NCBI RefSeq assembly: GCF_041956535.1
Contig: NW_027192221.1
Span: forward strand, 62,001-126,000
Direction: 5' to 3'
DNA from: Calcarisporiella thermophila CBS 279.70
Taxonomy: Eukaryota > Fungi > Calcarisporiellomycota
DNA: 64,000 bases
Under the pieces are notes generated by a model. It had not been told where the DNA came from. It ran no database searches and saw nothing but the letters and a program-made list of their open reading frames with translations. This document shows, in pieces, positions 52,223-64,000 of the stretch (the stretch's first letter is position 1; every line of letters begins with the position of its first letter). The position numbers and the translations under genes were made by a program.

Positions 52223-53158
52223 TTAAAGGTCGATATCATTCAAGGTCGAGGCAATAAGGGTAGAGTTGCCCGGGGAGGAAATGATTTGCAGCCCATTTAA
52301 ACCTGCGCCTAAATTCTCTCCACCAGAGTTTCTCAGTGGGGTGCGTGGCCGAGCCCCCCCACCTCCTCCGTCTCTTTGCCGGATGGGATATTGCCCCATA
52401 GTAGCCGAGGGCCTCGATACAGAGCTTCTGCGTCTCAAGGCAATCCCATCGAACATCATCAGTCTACTGCTCCCACGCATGGTTGGGCTACGGACGTCCA
52501 GTGCGGGAGGAGGTTCGAAGCACTCCATCTCGGAAGAGGACCCGAGCCAGTCGTGGTAATAGAAAGGGAGGGAGGGCCGAACCCACCGATCAAGAGAATC
52601 GTCCACGGATAGGGGTGCAGGCAGGGGGAGCGACCGCCCGGGATTGGAGGTGGGCCCGATGCGGCTGTCGGTAGGAGCGGAGGGGGCGGAATTATCGCCG
52701 GCGGATGAATGCGGGCCGACCATGGTATGCAACCACGAGGCTACCGTGGTATTATGGGGAATAATGCGGGTGCGAAGACGAGGATCATGAAGAGTGTTGT
52801 ACGGATGATGACGAAGGCGGAGCTTGTGTGCAGTCTCCTATTTGATTTTGGTAAGTTGGCATAATGGGCTGAAGAGAATGGGGAGAATGATATGATAAGG
52901 ACCCACCTTGACAAGAATCTCAAAGAGCTTCTTCACGGTTTTATCATTGACATCCAATGATTCGGAGAACTCATTAAACGTGATGAGATTCTCTCCCTAA
53001 TCCAGACCAAAGGGCCCGTTAGTTATGGCCACCCACCGACGCAAATCTCAGCTGTCCTTTACCTCCTCATTGTGAATTTTCTCAGCAACAGAATCGTACA
53101 GATCTCTGAACTTGCTTTTTAACACATCCTCTCTATCGAGCAGAAACTTCTTTCCCAT
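52223..53158 (-). CDS. Hypothetical protein (3 exons)
   Basis: MGKKFLLDREDVLKSKF..|GENLITFNEF..|ETAHKLRLRHHPY.. splices in frame into the 52223-52732 ORF. No domain recognised. Confidence 0.6.
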
Positions 53159-54019
53159 TGGTTATAATCGGCGGAAAGCAGGAAAATAAGTTAGAAATGA
53201 AAAGAGAGAATTCTTTAAATAGACGGGAGTTCTCTGTGAACTATATAGACTGCCAAAAAATCAAAATAGCATCCCCACCATGGAAAAATGTAACCAACCC
53301 AATAATAGGCTTTGATTTCCGAGGTTTTGTGGAGTAACGTCTAGTGTTGGTCACCGAGAGAGAAATAAGCCACCCTGTTTCAGAAGAGCCCATGGGATGA
53401 TGGAAAATGGTGGGCTAATAGGCTGCCCTGAGTTAGGCTGCTGCTACGAACAGCGAGCCCGGCCCTGTGCATTCGTACTCTAGGGACCAGCGACCTCCCC
53501 GGCTACCGAGAACTTGCCGCCATTCTGAAGCGCTACCTTATTTAGAACAATGACATAGGTAAACCGGCATTAGGTTCAGACTCCATCGGGGGAAGGAGCC
53601 ACCCTCCCCATAAAGTTTGCCAACACTTGCACAAAGGATACCAAGATAGGCACCATTGCCTTGTCCATTGAGGGGGAGTGGGGGCCTATTCTCGGCGATA
53701 AAGCCAAAGCTCTTGGGTTGCGCGGAATGCTATGCCGAGGGGGGGGTGGAGGGAAGAGAAGTGGTGCAATCGGTGTTTATTACTCACAAACGGAGCCCAA
53801 TGATGCCATCGAGGATTTAATGCGCGGAAGAAAAAAAGAGAAAAATGAGAGCTATATTACATAAACACAAAAGAATCGTAAAGAAAAAAAAAGGGAGAAT
53901 GAAAAAACACTCAGTATCATAAAGGTAGAAAGTATATTACAAAATATGTTAAGAAGAACACGAATAATATCAAGGCGACGCGAGCGCATAAGGACGAATT
54001 ATCGAGTGAGGAGGGGCGC

Positions 54020-57000
54020 TCACGCTTTCTGGTTCTGCATTGCGTTGAATTTAGGGCATTTCTTGTTTGTCTTCATATGGCCTAGCTGTCCGCAATTTCC
54101 GCAACGGCGCTAATGGGAAAAAAAGAGTTAGAGCTGGTTCCGATCAGATATCAGGAAATATGGAAACGTACCACAAGTTGCTCTTTCTTCTTCCCAAGCA
54201 ATCCAAGTACCGGATTCTCGGCAAGTGCAGCCTGTTTTGCAGCCATACGTTGGCGACGACGCTCCTGGTTCCGGCGGAGCTTGGCCAGTTCGTCTTGAAT
54301 CCTAAACAAGAAAAAAACGCAGTGTGAGTAACAAGCTTCGGTAGGATGGGGAGATGAAATGAAGCGAAGGGGGACTAACCTCTTCTTCATCCGCCTATTC
54401 CTCTCCTCATCATCGGTCGGCTCCAAGAGCTCAGCACTATAGGAAAAAAAAAATCGGCCAAGTTAATGCCGGTTCAAGGCAAGTGCACCATACATAAACA
54501 AGGGTTCTCACCTCATTATCTGCTCGTCAATTTCTCGCCTCGACTTTAAATAGGCATTAATGACAGCCGGGTTTTCCACATGCTCCGTCTCCCACACGAT
54601 CTCCCCCGTGTTGAGTCGTTTCTTGCGCTTGATCTCAAGCGTCTTGCGGTTACCTGCGCCCGTAAACCGCGAATACATACTCCCACCCATCGAGAAATTG
54701 TCGTCCTCCGAGGTGGCGCGCTCACGACCGAACGATGCGGGCGATGTAAGCGGCGAGGTGGAACGGCGGAAATGCTGCAATGTGTAGGCGGGATAATCCT
54801 CCTCGTAATACGTGGGCTCGCGCTTGAGGATACGCGAGTAGACTCCGTAGAATTCGGCAAGCTCGTCCTCCTCTCCTCGTCCCGCCTCGCTCTCGCCTCG
54901 CTCTTCATCAGTGAGTTCCGGCTCGGTAGGGTTACTTAGCGACTGATATTGTGCATTCCAAATGCGAGCAATCTCTTCTCGATACACCTGCTGTTGTTCC
55001 GCGACGTTATAGCGATGAGCACTCTTGGGTCTCTGCTCCAGTTGCGCCAGCTTCTCTGCCGCCGACTCGCCTTGCCGAAGGAAGATGTCCTTCATGGAAA
55101 CACGAATGAAGCTGAATCCCTCGCCGCGGCCCGTCGGATCCCCCTCGCCATAGAGCTTGAGCATGGCTTTGCCCTGCGTTGCATTGATGAAGTTACGGGT
55201 GATGATCCAGGGGGCAAGCTGCTGCTCGATATCGAGCTTCGATTCCCCCTCCTCCCCCTCGTCCTCATCCACATCCGATTTGCCGTAGCCCGCATCCTGG
55301 AGAAGCCGTTGTCCCACGAGCATGCTCTCGTACAAGCACACCATCTCCGGAGTCACCAGCTTTCGCAACTCCTCTTCACTGGGCAAGGGGTTGGTGGGCT
55401 TCAGCTTCCAGAAACCGGTGTTGTTACCCTTGCGCTGGAACTCGGCAAACTCCTTTAGCCGTTGGCGAATCTGGATCTCGGTGTACTCCGGGAAATACTT
55501 CATTAACTTAGTCATCCGCAGGCGGTGGTGTTTGTTTCGCCGGATTAGGCGGTAGGCGATAACCTGGAGCCGACTCTTGACAGTGTTGGTGATTTTGCGC
55601 GAGTGCGGACCCGGCACCTCCTGCACCGGATAAGTCTGACCAACAACAAAGAGGTGGGGTATTTCGCGGATGTAGAATCGTACTTGGTTCTTGTAGGTGT
55701 TCTTGATCACTAAGAAGTCGGTGTCGTGCGGCGTATGCCTGAAAAGGGGCGCGCGATAGAGATTGTTGTAGAGCGTGGGGATCGTCTGGCCCGGCTCCAC
55801 GTTACCAAAGTTCAGAAATGGCGACACATCCGCCACATCCAACACGAAGGGCTCTCCAATTTTTTCGTGGGGAACGTGATTGTCACTGATATCCTTCTTC
55901 CGGTAATAGTTGATGAGCAGGCTACCCATCCCGACGTTGGAGATGATGGGCGGGTATTCCTCGGAGAATTCAAGCAAGATGTAAGTCGACGTGTCCTTTA
56001 GCGTGATATCCCGCGATGTACGGATATACTCTTCGCCCTCGCGCTTCTTAAGCTTCTTCTTCTTCAGCGCCTTGACGCGTGTGAAGCCCAGCTCCTGGTG
56101 GAGCGGGAAGGAGATGGGGGGGCGATGGAATGAGCGGAGATCGGCCTTGGTCAATCTAGTCTTGAAGAACGGAGACTGCAGCTTCAATGCAGGCAACGAG
56201 TGTTGCACCACCAGTTGCCCGAAGGTTTGCCGGACCCGGTGGAAGCGGCCATCCCGCTGAGCCTCGTAGAAGCGGTCATTCGAGATGTTATAGCGGTCAA
56301 TCTGTAGTCGAGCGTGAGTTTCCGCCTCGGATATGGTCGGCTTAGGGGCAGGTTTCGGGGCGGCGGTCGCCGATTTCCTCCCCTTTCTCGAAACCTTGGG
56401 CTCTGCTTGTCCCATATTAGCCGGTTTGTCTGCGTCGGAGTAGGGTGTATAGAACGGCATATAGGGATCGTTTAGGTTGAGCAGCAATTTCGCTGGTGGC
56501 ACATATGCACGGCGATCATCCCAGACGACCAGGTCGAGCCAGTCGCCACCCTCGAGATCGTAATTTCGAAATGAGATTGGCGTGGATTCGGATGCCTTCG
56601 TCAATAGGCTACTCTTTCGCTTTTTCTCTTCATACGTCTCCTCTTCCGTATCCGCGTCCCATAGAATCTTCTCCTCCCATGGGTCGACCACCACGCGATG
56701 ATATGCCTCTGATTCCGTCGGAACTTTGGCGGCCGACTCTACCGCCAATTTGGTTTCCTCCGGAACCCTGGCATCCTCCTCCTCATCATCATCATAATCA
56801 ATTGGCTGAAATGGTGCCCAACCTTGCGAATACATATATTCCGAATGCGTCTTGGGGTCTAGTCGCAATCTCTTCACAAACACCTGACGATCGTCCGGCT
56901 CAACCGCGAACATTTGGTCCAACTTTCGTGACCCTCGCCTAGATTTAGGCCGTAGCCGATTCTCAACCACAATCTGCGGGGCAAACAGTTCTGAAAACCG

Positions 57001-57774
57001 CAGGATCTTGTCCTTCTCAAAAGCAGGGTATAGCTCTCGAATATCGATGGGCTTCGGTTGCACCGGCTCCAACTTCACCTCCGGCAAGGAAGGCTTTGGC
57101 CCTTTCGAGGTCAGAAATCCTAGAGCCTCCGCAGCTGCCGCCTGCATCACAGCGGAGGGAGTTGTCGAGGTGGGTAACTGTAGCATGGCTCCCAAATTGG
57201 TCACTCCACCCCTAATCATCGCCGCGGCCAAATCATCTATTGTTGTTGCTTCCTCCATTTTTACGGGCACTGGTGTGTCGATGTTGTCATAATCCTCATC
57301 TACAGGTGCATGAGTCGAAGGAACACTTTTCACAGCATTCATCCCAAGCTGATAATATTTGTCATTCAGCATGTCGTTGGTCGCAAAATCAGGCACTGTT
57401 TCATTAAAATCCGAATAATCAACGGCATCAGCAGAGTGTGCCGTGGTGGACACAGTGGTTGTGTCAAACGGCGTTGAGGGTGGCTCATCTTCATCGCCAA
57501 GACCGAGCGATTTGACTGAGAAAAGTTCACCCAAGACAGGATCTTGCGCATCGACGCGCTCTAATGTCTCCCGCAGTTCCTAGCACCAAGAAAAGAACGA
57601 AATTAGAAATAAATCGAAGCAGTGGTTGCGATCAATAAAATCGATTTTGTAGAACATAAAATGCAGCCCATGATCAAGTGGAATGAAGCGAATGAACGCA
57701 CGACTTACCTCATCGAACCCTTCCAAACGTCCATGTTCGTCGACATTGCCAAATAGGTACCCAGCAAATGACAT
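54020..57774 (-). CDS. TAF1: TFIID subunit 1 (fungal type, no bromodomains)
   Basis: TAND-like MSFAGYLFGNVDEHGRL, DUF3591 core (YNISNDRFY, LRSFHRP, EFSEEYPP, APWIITRNFI, GDPTGRGEGFSF) and a terminal zinc knuckle CGNCGQLGHMKTNKKCP. Confidence 0.97.
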
Positions 57775-58106
57775 AGTCGGGAGAGGAAGAATAAAGATGA
57801 TCGAGAAAGAACCGAATAAAACACAGGAAAATTAAGTTGATTATTCTATTCGGAACAAAACGATCTAGCAACAATCACAAAGAATATTGTACAGTAGCTT
57901 CAAGAAGACACTGTCTCCTCACCCTCCTTTTTTATAAGAATGCAGAGAAAGATGAGCGTGAAGAGGAAAAAAAATGTTTTCTTTGCGCGATGATTACGTC
58001 ATCCAATTCCCTCCGAATCTGAATTCACGACAAAAAAAAGGTTGGCAGTTCTTTCTCGATTTTATACAATAGAATAGGGATAAATATGAACATCCAGGAA
58101 TGCTTC

Positions 58107-60012
58107 TCAGAGCAGGCGAATAAATCTCAGCAACAAAACTAAAAGAGTGGCGAAACACAATAGCGCCAAAAATATTCCATAAAACCAGCTGAGTGACTCG
58201 GAGAATTGACCTGGCACGGGCACATTCATGCCCCATAAGCCTATTTGAAAAAACATGGGTCAACGATCCTTTCCCTATTCTTGCTTCGATGTAGAGCGGC
58301 TATTTACCAGTGATGAGGTTCATTGGCAAGAGAATACTCCCAAGAACTGTGAGTTTCGCAAGAATATCATTGGTGGCATTTGATGTGGCGGTAATCTCCA
58401 TGGATATCTGAGCGAGATAATTGGAATGCGAACGGGACGATATTTTCTCCAAGTGACTGAGAGTTTGATTCATGGTGGTTATGTGATCTATAAAGTTACA
58501 TGCAGCATGAATTCATTGAATCGCAGCAAGGTATCCAAAGACAAAATAGACTTGCCTTGCACATCCCCAAGATACAGTAGTACATCCGCATTTTCCACTC
58601 GCTTAATAAGACCCTTGACCGCATCGGGCTTGTTCCCGAGGAGCCGTAGCATGGATATTAACTTCTTGCGACAGTGGCCAATCCTACGTAGCATGTCACT
58701 TTGCTCGCTCTCCTTGAGGAGAAGCACCAGCTCATCGATCGAATCCACCTCGAACGCAATTGATTTGATTATCGGTTCGAAGGAATCAGTTATCGAATCA
58801 ATAAGGGCATAGTTGATCCAATCTACATCCCAGACGGTGAGCTTGTGTTAAGCAAGAGGGAGAAAGAATGGATTAAGAAATTGCGCTTACGCACCCGGGC
58901 TAATCTCCACAAATCCCTTCAATTGTTTGATACGTCGACGTACTTGAGCAGGATATGGCATTGGCTGGAAATGGAACTAGAAAAAAAAATTCCATGTTAA
59001 TACTCCATCCGTGACTTATACCATATGTGATCCTACTGTCAGAATCCCCTCCTTTAACACAATCATATAGAGGCTCAGCGGCTCCAGTGCACTCGAGTGT
59101 GGATCCTGGTCATAACCTTGGAAACACATAAAATGATAGTTTTTGAAAACCTCGCATTTTTCTCGGGATTCCTCCTGAATGACATCTTCCAATGTCAGAG
59201 GATGCAACCTGAATATCTACATTAAACCAAGCAGATAGAGATTAGTCTAGCATTTAGGTTAGGACCTATCTGACATTGAATACTTTGCCCAGCAAGCGCA
59301 TTTCCTGGTCAGTCGGACTCAGGACATCAATCCAAAAACATCCTGCCTTCAATAAGGCCGATAAACTCTGGCCAGGCTGTGGGATTTCGTGCAATGAGCG
59401 AGCGTGCACTGTATTCGTAGCGGTCGAGTAAAAGGTAAACCGCAACGGAACGGTCTTCTCTTGCTCTTGTGCATGGAAAGCTCGGTGAGGCCCCCATTCC
59501 TCTTGTCCTTCATTCCCCTGCCCACTGGACGCCATATACTCCTCAAGCACATCGTATCGGATTCCCTTTCGTCCTTTCTCCTGGAGATAATTCCCACTCA
59601 ATAACATATCAGCCTCCAAAGACTCTCTCCTTCCCCCCTCATGTACAAGCGCTTCGTCCTCAGAGGAGTACCAGTCACCAATATCGACAAGAAGATCGCT
59701 GACATGTCTTGTAATTCCTGGTTTGTTCTCCATGCTCACTCCATGACGTGAGCTGGCATTTAGATTATGTTTCTCAAAGGTTGCATCGGATGCTTCGTCA
59801 TGCTCGTGCTGATAATTCTGGCGCTGGATTTGGATCAGTAGTTTCTCAGCCGTAGATAAGACCTTTCGCCTGCTATTTCCTATTAATTCAGGCTCGCGAG
59901 CCTCCAACAGCGGTAACGAGTCAGTCTTGCTTGAGAAGTTAGCGTGGACGGGGCTGGAAGCACGGGAAGAATCCGCCGAATTGCGAGCGTTTGCGAGGGG
60001 ATGCGATTCCAT
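58107..60012 (-). CDS. CorA-family Mg2+ transporter (Alr1/Mnr2-like)
   Basis: FWIDVLSPT, HPLTLEDV..REKCEVF, YLGDVQ and LPMNLITG|LWGMNV (GMN signature), two C-terminal TM helices. Confidence 0.93.
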
Positions 60013-60506
60013 GGCGAGCTTGTGTTTAGTCTAATAACGAAGAGTGGGTTCTCAAGAAGTTGGGCGCAGTCAGCTCATCGAATCATAGAGTAGGAGCGAG
60101 AGGAATAGCAATATGTAAAGGGGATAAAAATATGAATTAAGGAATCACTTTTCAAATCAAAGGTTTCTCAATGCACGTCACATTAGAGTTCGGCCAATAC
60201 TTCGTCAGAAACCGCACTTGGTTCAACCGTTGTCTCTGAAAAAATTCATATAAAAATTCGAGAATCTTAAAGTACAGCACAGAAATTTTCAAAAATAAAA
60301 AATAAAAAAAAAAGTTAAAGTCTTAGTTAAAAACTGTAAAATATAAGGGGAAAAAAAATGTAAAGTGATGTAGTAGAGTATGAAGGATAGCATAAGGCGA
60401 TTGTTCAAAACAAAAAAAATCTCAGTATTAAGAAGCGACCATTCGGTATATAGATAGAAATAAAAATACGAATAAATTGTATTGAGGAAATTGTCCGTCC
60501 ATCCCA

Positions 60507-63434
60507 CTATACATGCGACACCTTTGCTTCGGTATTGTTCCCGCGCCCCTCGCTCTGCTGCCTCGCATCGTACCATTCGAAATCATCCAGGATCGAGGTC
60601 CGGCTCTTGTATTCGAACAATATACGGAGCACTTCGCGACCCGCTTCCGGCAGGAGCTCTTGTGTGTCACGGCTGTTGGTCACAGGCTTGTTATCATTGT
60701 TTCTGTTAGCAATAAGGGGATGTTAGCACCATGAGACAAGTTTCAAGCGCTTGCGACACGAGACTTACACGACACGTATGTGGCGCAAAGCAGCATTTGG
60801 CACATCCTTAACGAAAATCCAGCGAACGTTGAAAACGCCTTTCCACTTGTCTTGTGCCCACACCGTGCTATTTGTCGAGTAGTCCACGGCAGTAAGCATC
60901 TGGCCCATCCCACAGAAGTGGCCACTATTAAAATCAACATGCAAAATACAGGTTAACACACGCCCCTCTCTCCACCGATCCCAAGACAATGGAGAACCCA
61001 CCTTGCGTTCACGCTGAAAAACAAGTACACGGGCCCCTTTCCCTCGTTTTCTTGAAAGGCCTTATCCAGTCTTCGATTCCCGATCTCTGTACTTGCCCAG
61101 ATCCCATACTTCAGGCTCTTGTGAATGTCATCCTCCGTGTAGGATTTGATTACGAAATAACGGGCATTCGCAGGTTTCAGGTTGAAGATTTTAGGATTCA
61201 AATTGTAATTTGCGAGACACGATGGGTGATCTTTACCATCTGATGTCTCTTTAGCCACACTATTGTTGTTTTTGTTGCTGGGGGTGGACGAAGATAGCAC
61301 ATTAGTACGAGAAGGTTGTGAAGAGCTGGGTTTTAAGGGCATGCTGCGGGGTTGCTCAGGCGTAGCCGCGGGCCAAGGAGAAGTGGGTGGCGCCGACAAA
61401 GGTTTTATATATCCATATTCCCCACCTGCTGCTGTTAACTGAGACGCAAGAAGTGCTGCAGGAGACAAAATTTCGCCTGTCACGGGTAAAAAGGCCGGCG
61501 ATCCCCCGGCGCTACTGCTGCCGCTTCCGCTTCCTCCCCCACCCCCACCACCACCTCCTCCACCTATATTTACTCTTGCTTGAGCTCCCGCCGGGAGATC
61601 GGGCTTCCGCCAACCGCGTACGTCGCTCACCATCTTCTCTTCGCCCATCACCTTTTGTGCAGGGAGACCCTGAAAGTGAGCATCTTCTAGAGCAAGCTTC
61701 CCCATCAGCCGTGAGATATCGGGTGTCACCTCCATTTGCTGTGGTTGATGCAGCTGCTCCCAGCCGGGTGCAAGGGAAGGTGAGCGCCTTGTGGCTGCTC
61801 CGAAAGGAGGAGAAAATTTCTGATCCCCTCCACCGCCATTTGCCGCTGGAGTTTGCACGAGCGATCCCTTTCTCCCTCCACCTGATGAGAATCTTGGTGG
61901 AAAATTCTTCCCGCCCCCACTATTCAAGTTGGCGTTGTTGGAATTGAGAGAGCCAGCGGTTGAGGAAGAGGGTCGACGTGATACATCTCCACTCTGCTGT
62001 TGTTGGGGAGGTGGCGGCGGCGGTGGTTGTGGAAGCTGGGATAATGCGTCCGTCAATTTCGATCCCACTAAAGAAGAGCCGCTTGATGACCTAGAGTTTG
62101 TGAGTCCAAAGCTGTCGTTCCATCCGTCAGTCCCAGGAGTTGCACCCACTACCGGGGATAAATGGAGCTGTGTTTGTCCCTGTGCCTGCGCCTGCGCATG
62201 CGCCTGTGCATAGTAGGATTCAGCCATTGACTCCACCAGTGTGTCAATATAATTCATGTTTCCCATAGCACCCATTCCTCCGCTAGCATTCTGAGAAGAA
62301 GAAGATAGGGTAGACATGCGTCGCCATTGATCCATCATCCCAAACAAATCCTCTTTGCTTGTTTTTCTTTGTTGCGACTGTTGTTGCTGTTGCTGGGACT
62401 GTTGCTGCTGCTGCTGCTGTTGCTGATGTTGTTGAGGTTGATGCGGATGCTGGTGCGACTGTTGTGGAGCGGAAGAGTATGAGGATGGGAAGACTTGGTG
62501 TGGCGATGAACGAGTTGAGCTCAGAGGCGGAGAAGTAAGAGTACGCGTGCGGTCGGTGTTCCAGAGAGATGCTGCACCGATATTAGGACCTCCAAGGGGG
62601 TGCTGAGGCTCTGTTCGGTGTAAAGGAGGCTCGTAACCTAGGCTGTAGAAGGCCTCGTGCTAAAGCAAAGCAGAGGAAAATAAAAATCATTCTATATCCG
62701 CTTGTACTTGGAGAAAGCTTAGCGACCTACCATTTCTGCAGCACTAATCGCGTTCTCCTCGAGTTGCGGGATATGACTAATGGCCCGCTCCCAGTCATCT
62801 AAGTCGTCTTCATTGCTCGTCAGGGCGGATAGGGAATTGGTTGCTGGTCGAGGCAAGCGAAAGGTATCCTCGTATGCTATAATTCACAAGAGATTGGATT
62901 ATTCAAATAACCCCATTGTCTAACTGGGATCCACTTACGATTAAAAAGAGGGGAGGCGGTTGAAGAAAGCGTGCCGATCTGTGGAGAGCCGGTAACGAAT
63001 GAAGGGGTAAAAGGCGAGGAGAGCAAGGACGGGGAGGTTTTCAGGGGATCAAAAGCATGCCCAGGTCTCCCAGAAGTCAGCGGACAAGGATTCGTCATTA
63101 TTGCCGAGTAGTCCTTATCTGGCTGGAGTGGGGGCGAAACCGTACCCAATCCTGGAGGGGGGCGGATGGGCGGTCTGCCATCTACTCCGGAAATCGAATG
63201 AGAAAGATGGCGGGGCCACCCTTCTGAGAAACGGCGATCGGATTCCAGAGGATTCCCATAATCCCACTCACATTGACTGCGACCAGAGAGAAGGGACGTA
63301 TTGTTGAACGAATTGAGCTCGGCTTCAAGGACAGGGGGGACGGAAGCATTAGCAGCCGTGGATACCGTAGCCGGTGCATTCAAGTCGTGCTTGTTGGGAC
63401 TGTTAGGGTAGAGTTGCGAGATATTGCTGGCCAT
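60507..63434 (-). CDS. YTH-domain m6A reader (YTHDF/Pho92-type) with long low-complexity N-terminus
   Basis: [37 protein letters not shown]|[15 protein letters not shown] and VTNSRDTQE. All aromatic-cage Trp residues are present. Confidence 0.95.
62368..62441 (-). repeat. CAG/CAA repeat (polyQ) inside the YTH gene
   Basis: (TGC/TGT)n on the plus strand. Confidence 0.85.
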
Positions 63435-64000
63435 AGGGTAGATGTAGTTTCCCAACTAAGGCTGCTAATTTTGGGTGAAATCGAGAGGAGTAATTGGCAC
63501 GTTGCAAGGCTTGGGCAAAATCAGCTATGAGTCTCGTAACCTAGTCGTTATTAGCGTACTTTCAGTTGGCAATTAAGACCGTTCAAACGGTCTCCGAGAG
63601 AAAATTGAAGCGGCAATGGTGTGGTGAGAACAGAAGATCACGAGTCTCTTTTAATATAAAGGGGGAAGGGCCTCAGAACTTAGATCATGAAGCAAAACTA
63701 GAGAAAATGGAAGAATACCTCGGCTTTAGACCACAAGCGACATGTGAAGTAAAGGAAGCAACTCGGTGGCTATGATTAACCGCGCGATCCTTACGCTCTT
63801 CTTCGATTCAAAAGTAAAGAGAAAAATGCCAAAGCGCGCGCGAAAAAAAAAAAATGAAAAATTAGTGCTCTTGCCCGTGGTCGTGACGCATGGTTCAACG
63901 AATGAATTCCATTGGACGGATATTGGAAAGGAGTGACATTTCGAAAACGTGTAATCAAAAAGTTGCAACCTTCTCGCGCCAGGAAGAAGATGAAATGGAA

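Noticed and set aside
53395-53590. C/D snoRNA or RNase P-like RNA in the intergenic stretch
   Set aside because: Box C is imperfect, there is no clear terminal stem or rRNA guide, and no paired CR-I/CR-V motifs.
54020-57774. TAF1 lacking bromodomains
   Set aside because: This is the normal fungal architecture.
1-64000. tRNA, rRNA, CRISPR arrays and U12-type introns
   Set aside because: None recognised by eye, and the donors I checked are GT U2-type. A covariance-model scan would be needed to exclude small RNAs.

Overview
Intron-rich, gene-dense eukaryotic DNA with one 518-N scaffold gap. The gene set (fungal-type TAF1 without bromodomains, STE12, Ytp1, Cdc15/Hof1-type F-BAR) is fungal. Genes resembling MARCH5, YTHDF and possibly Med30 suggest an early-diverging lineage such as Mucoromycota (inference). 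I support about 22 protein-coding loci, rebuilt by hand from GT..AG introns: G6PD, a Ytp1-like protein, a frameshifted mucin-like surface protein, a Myb-like protein, a Med30-like protein, a MARCH5-like E3, a metallophosphoesterase, an F-box/JmjC protein, an F-BAR/SH3 protein, a CUE/AlkB/zf-GRF protein, an amidase, a PAM2/coiled-coil protein, a P5 ATPase, a small secreted protein, an Mso1-like protein, a secreted 3D-domain protein, a Rim4-like RRM protein, STE12, TAF1, a CorA transporter, a YTH reader and a few hypotheticals. A TIR-bounded element spans the gap. Best leads: (1) an ~890-aa protein with the PAM2 + coiled coil + terminal xWW layout of the Ustilago endosomal mRNA-transport scaffold Upa2; (2) a P5B-like ATPase with a signal peptide, a Cys-rich ectodomain and an altered M4 motif; (3) a 5-nt microexon supplying the catalytic Asp of an AlkB enzyme; (4) a candidate fungal Med30; (5) a secreted bacterial-type 3D domain; (6) a 1-nt frameshift in an A run of a surface-protein gene. 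All family calls come from motif recognition by eye; no database search was run.
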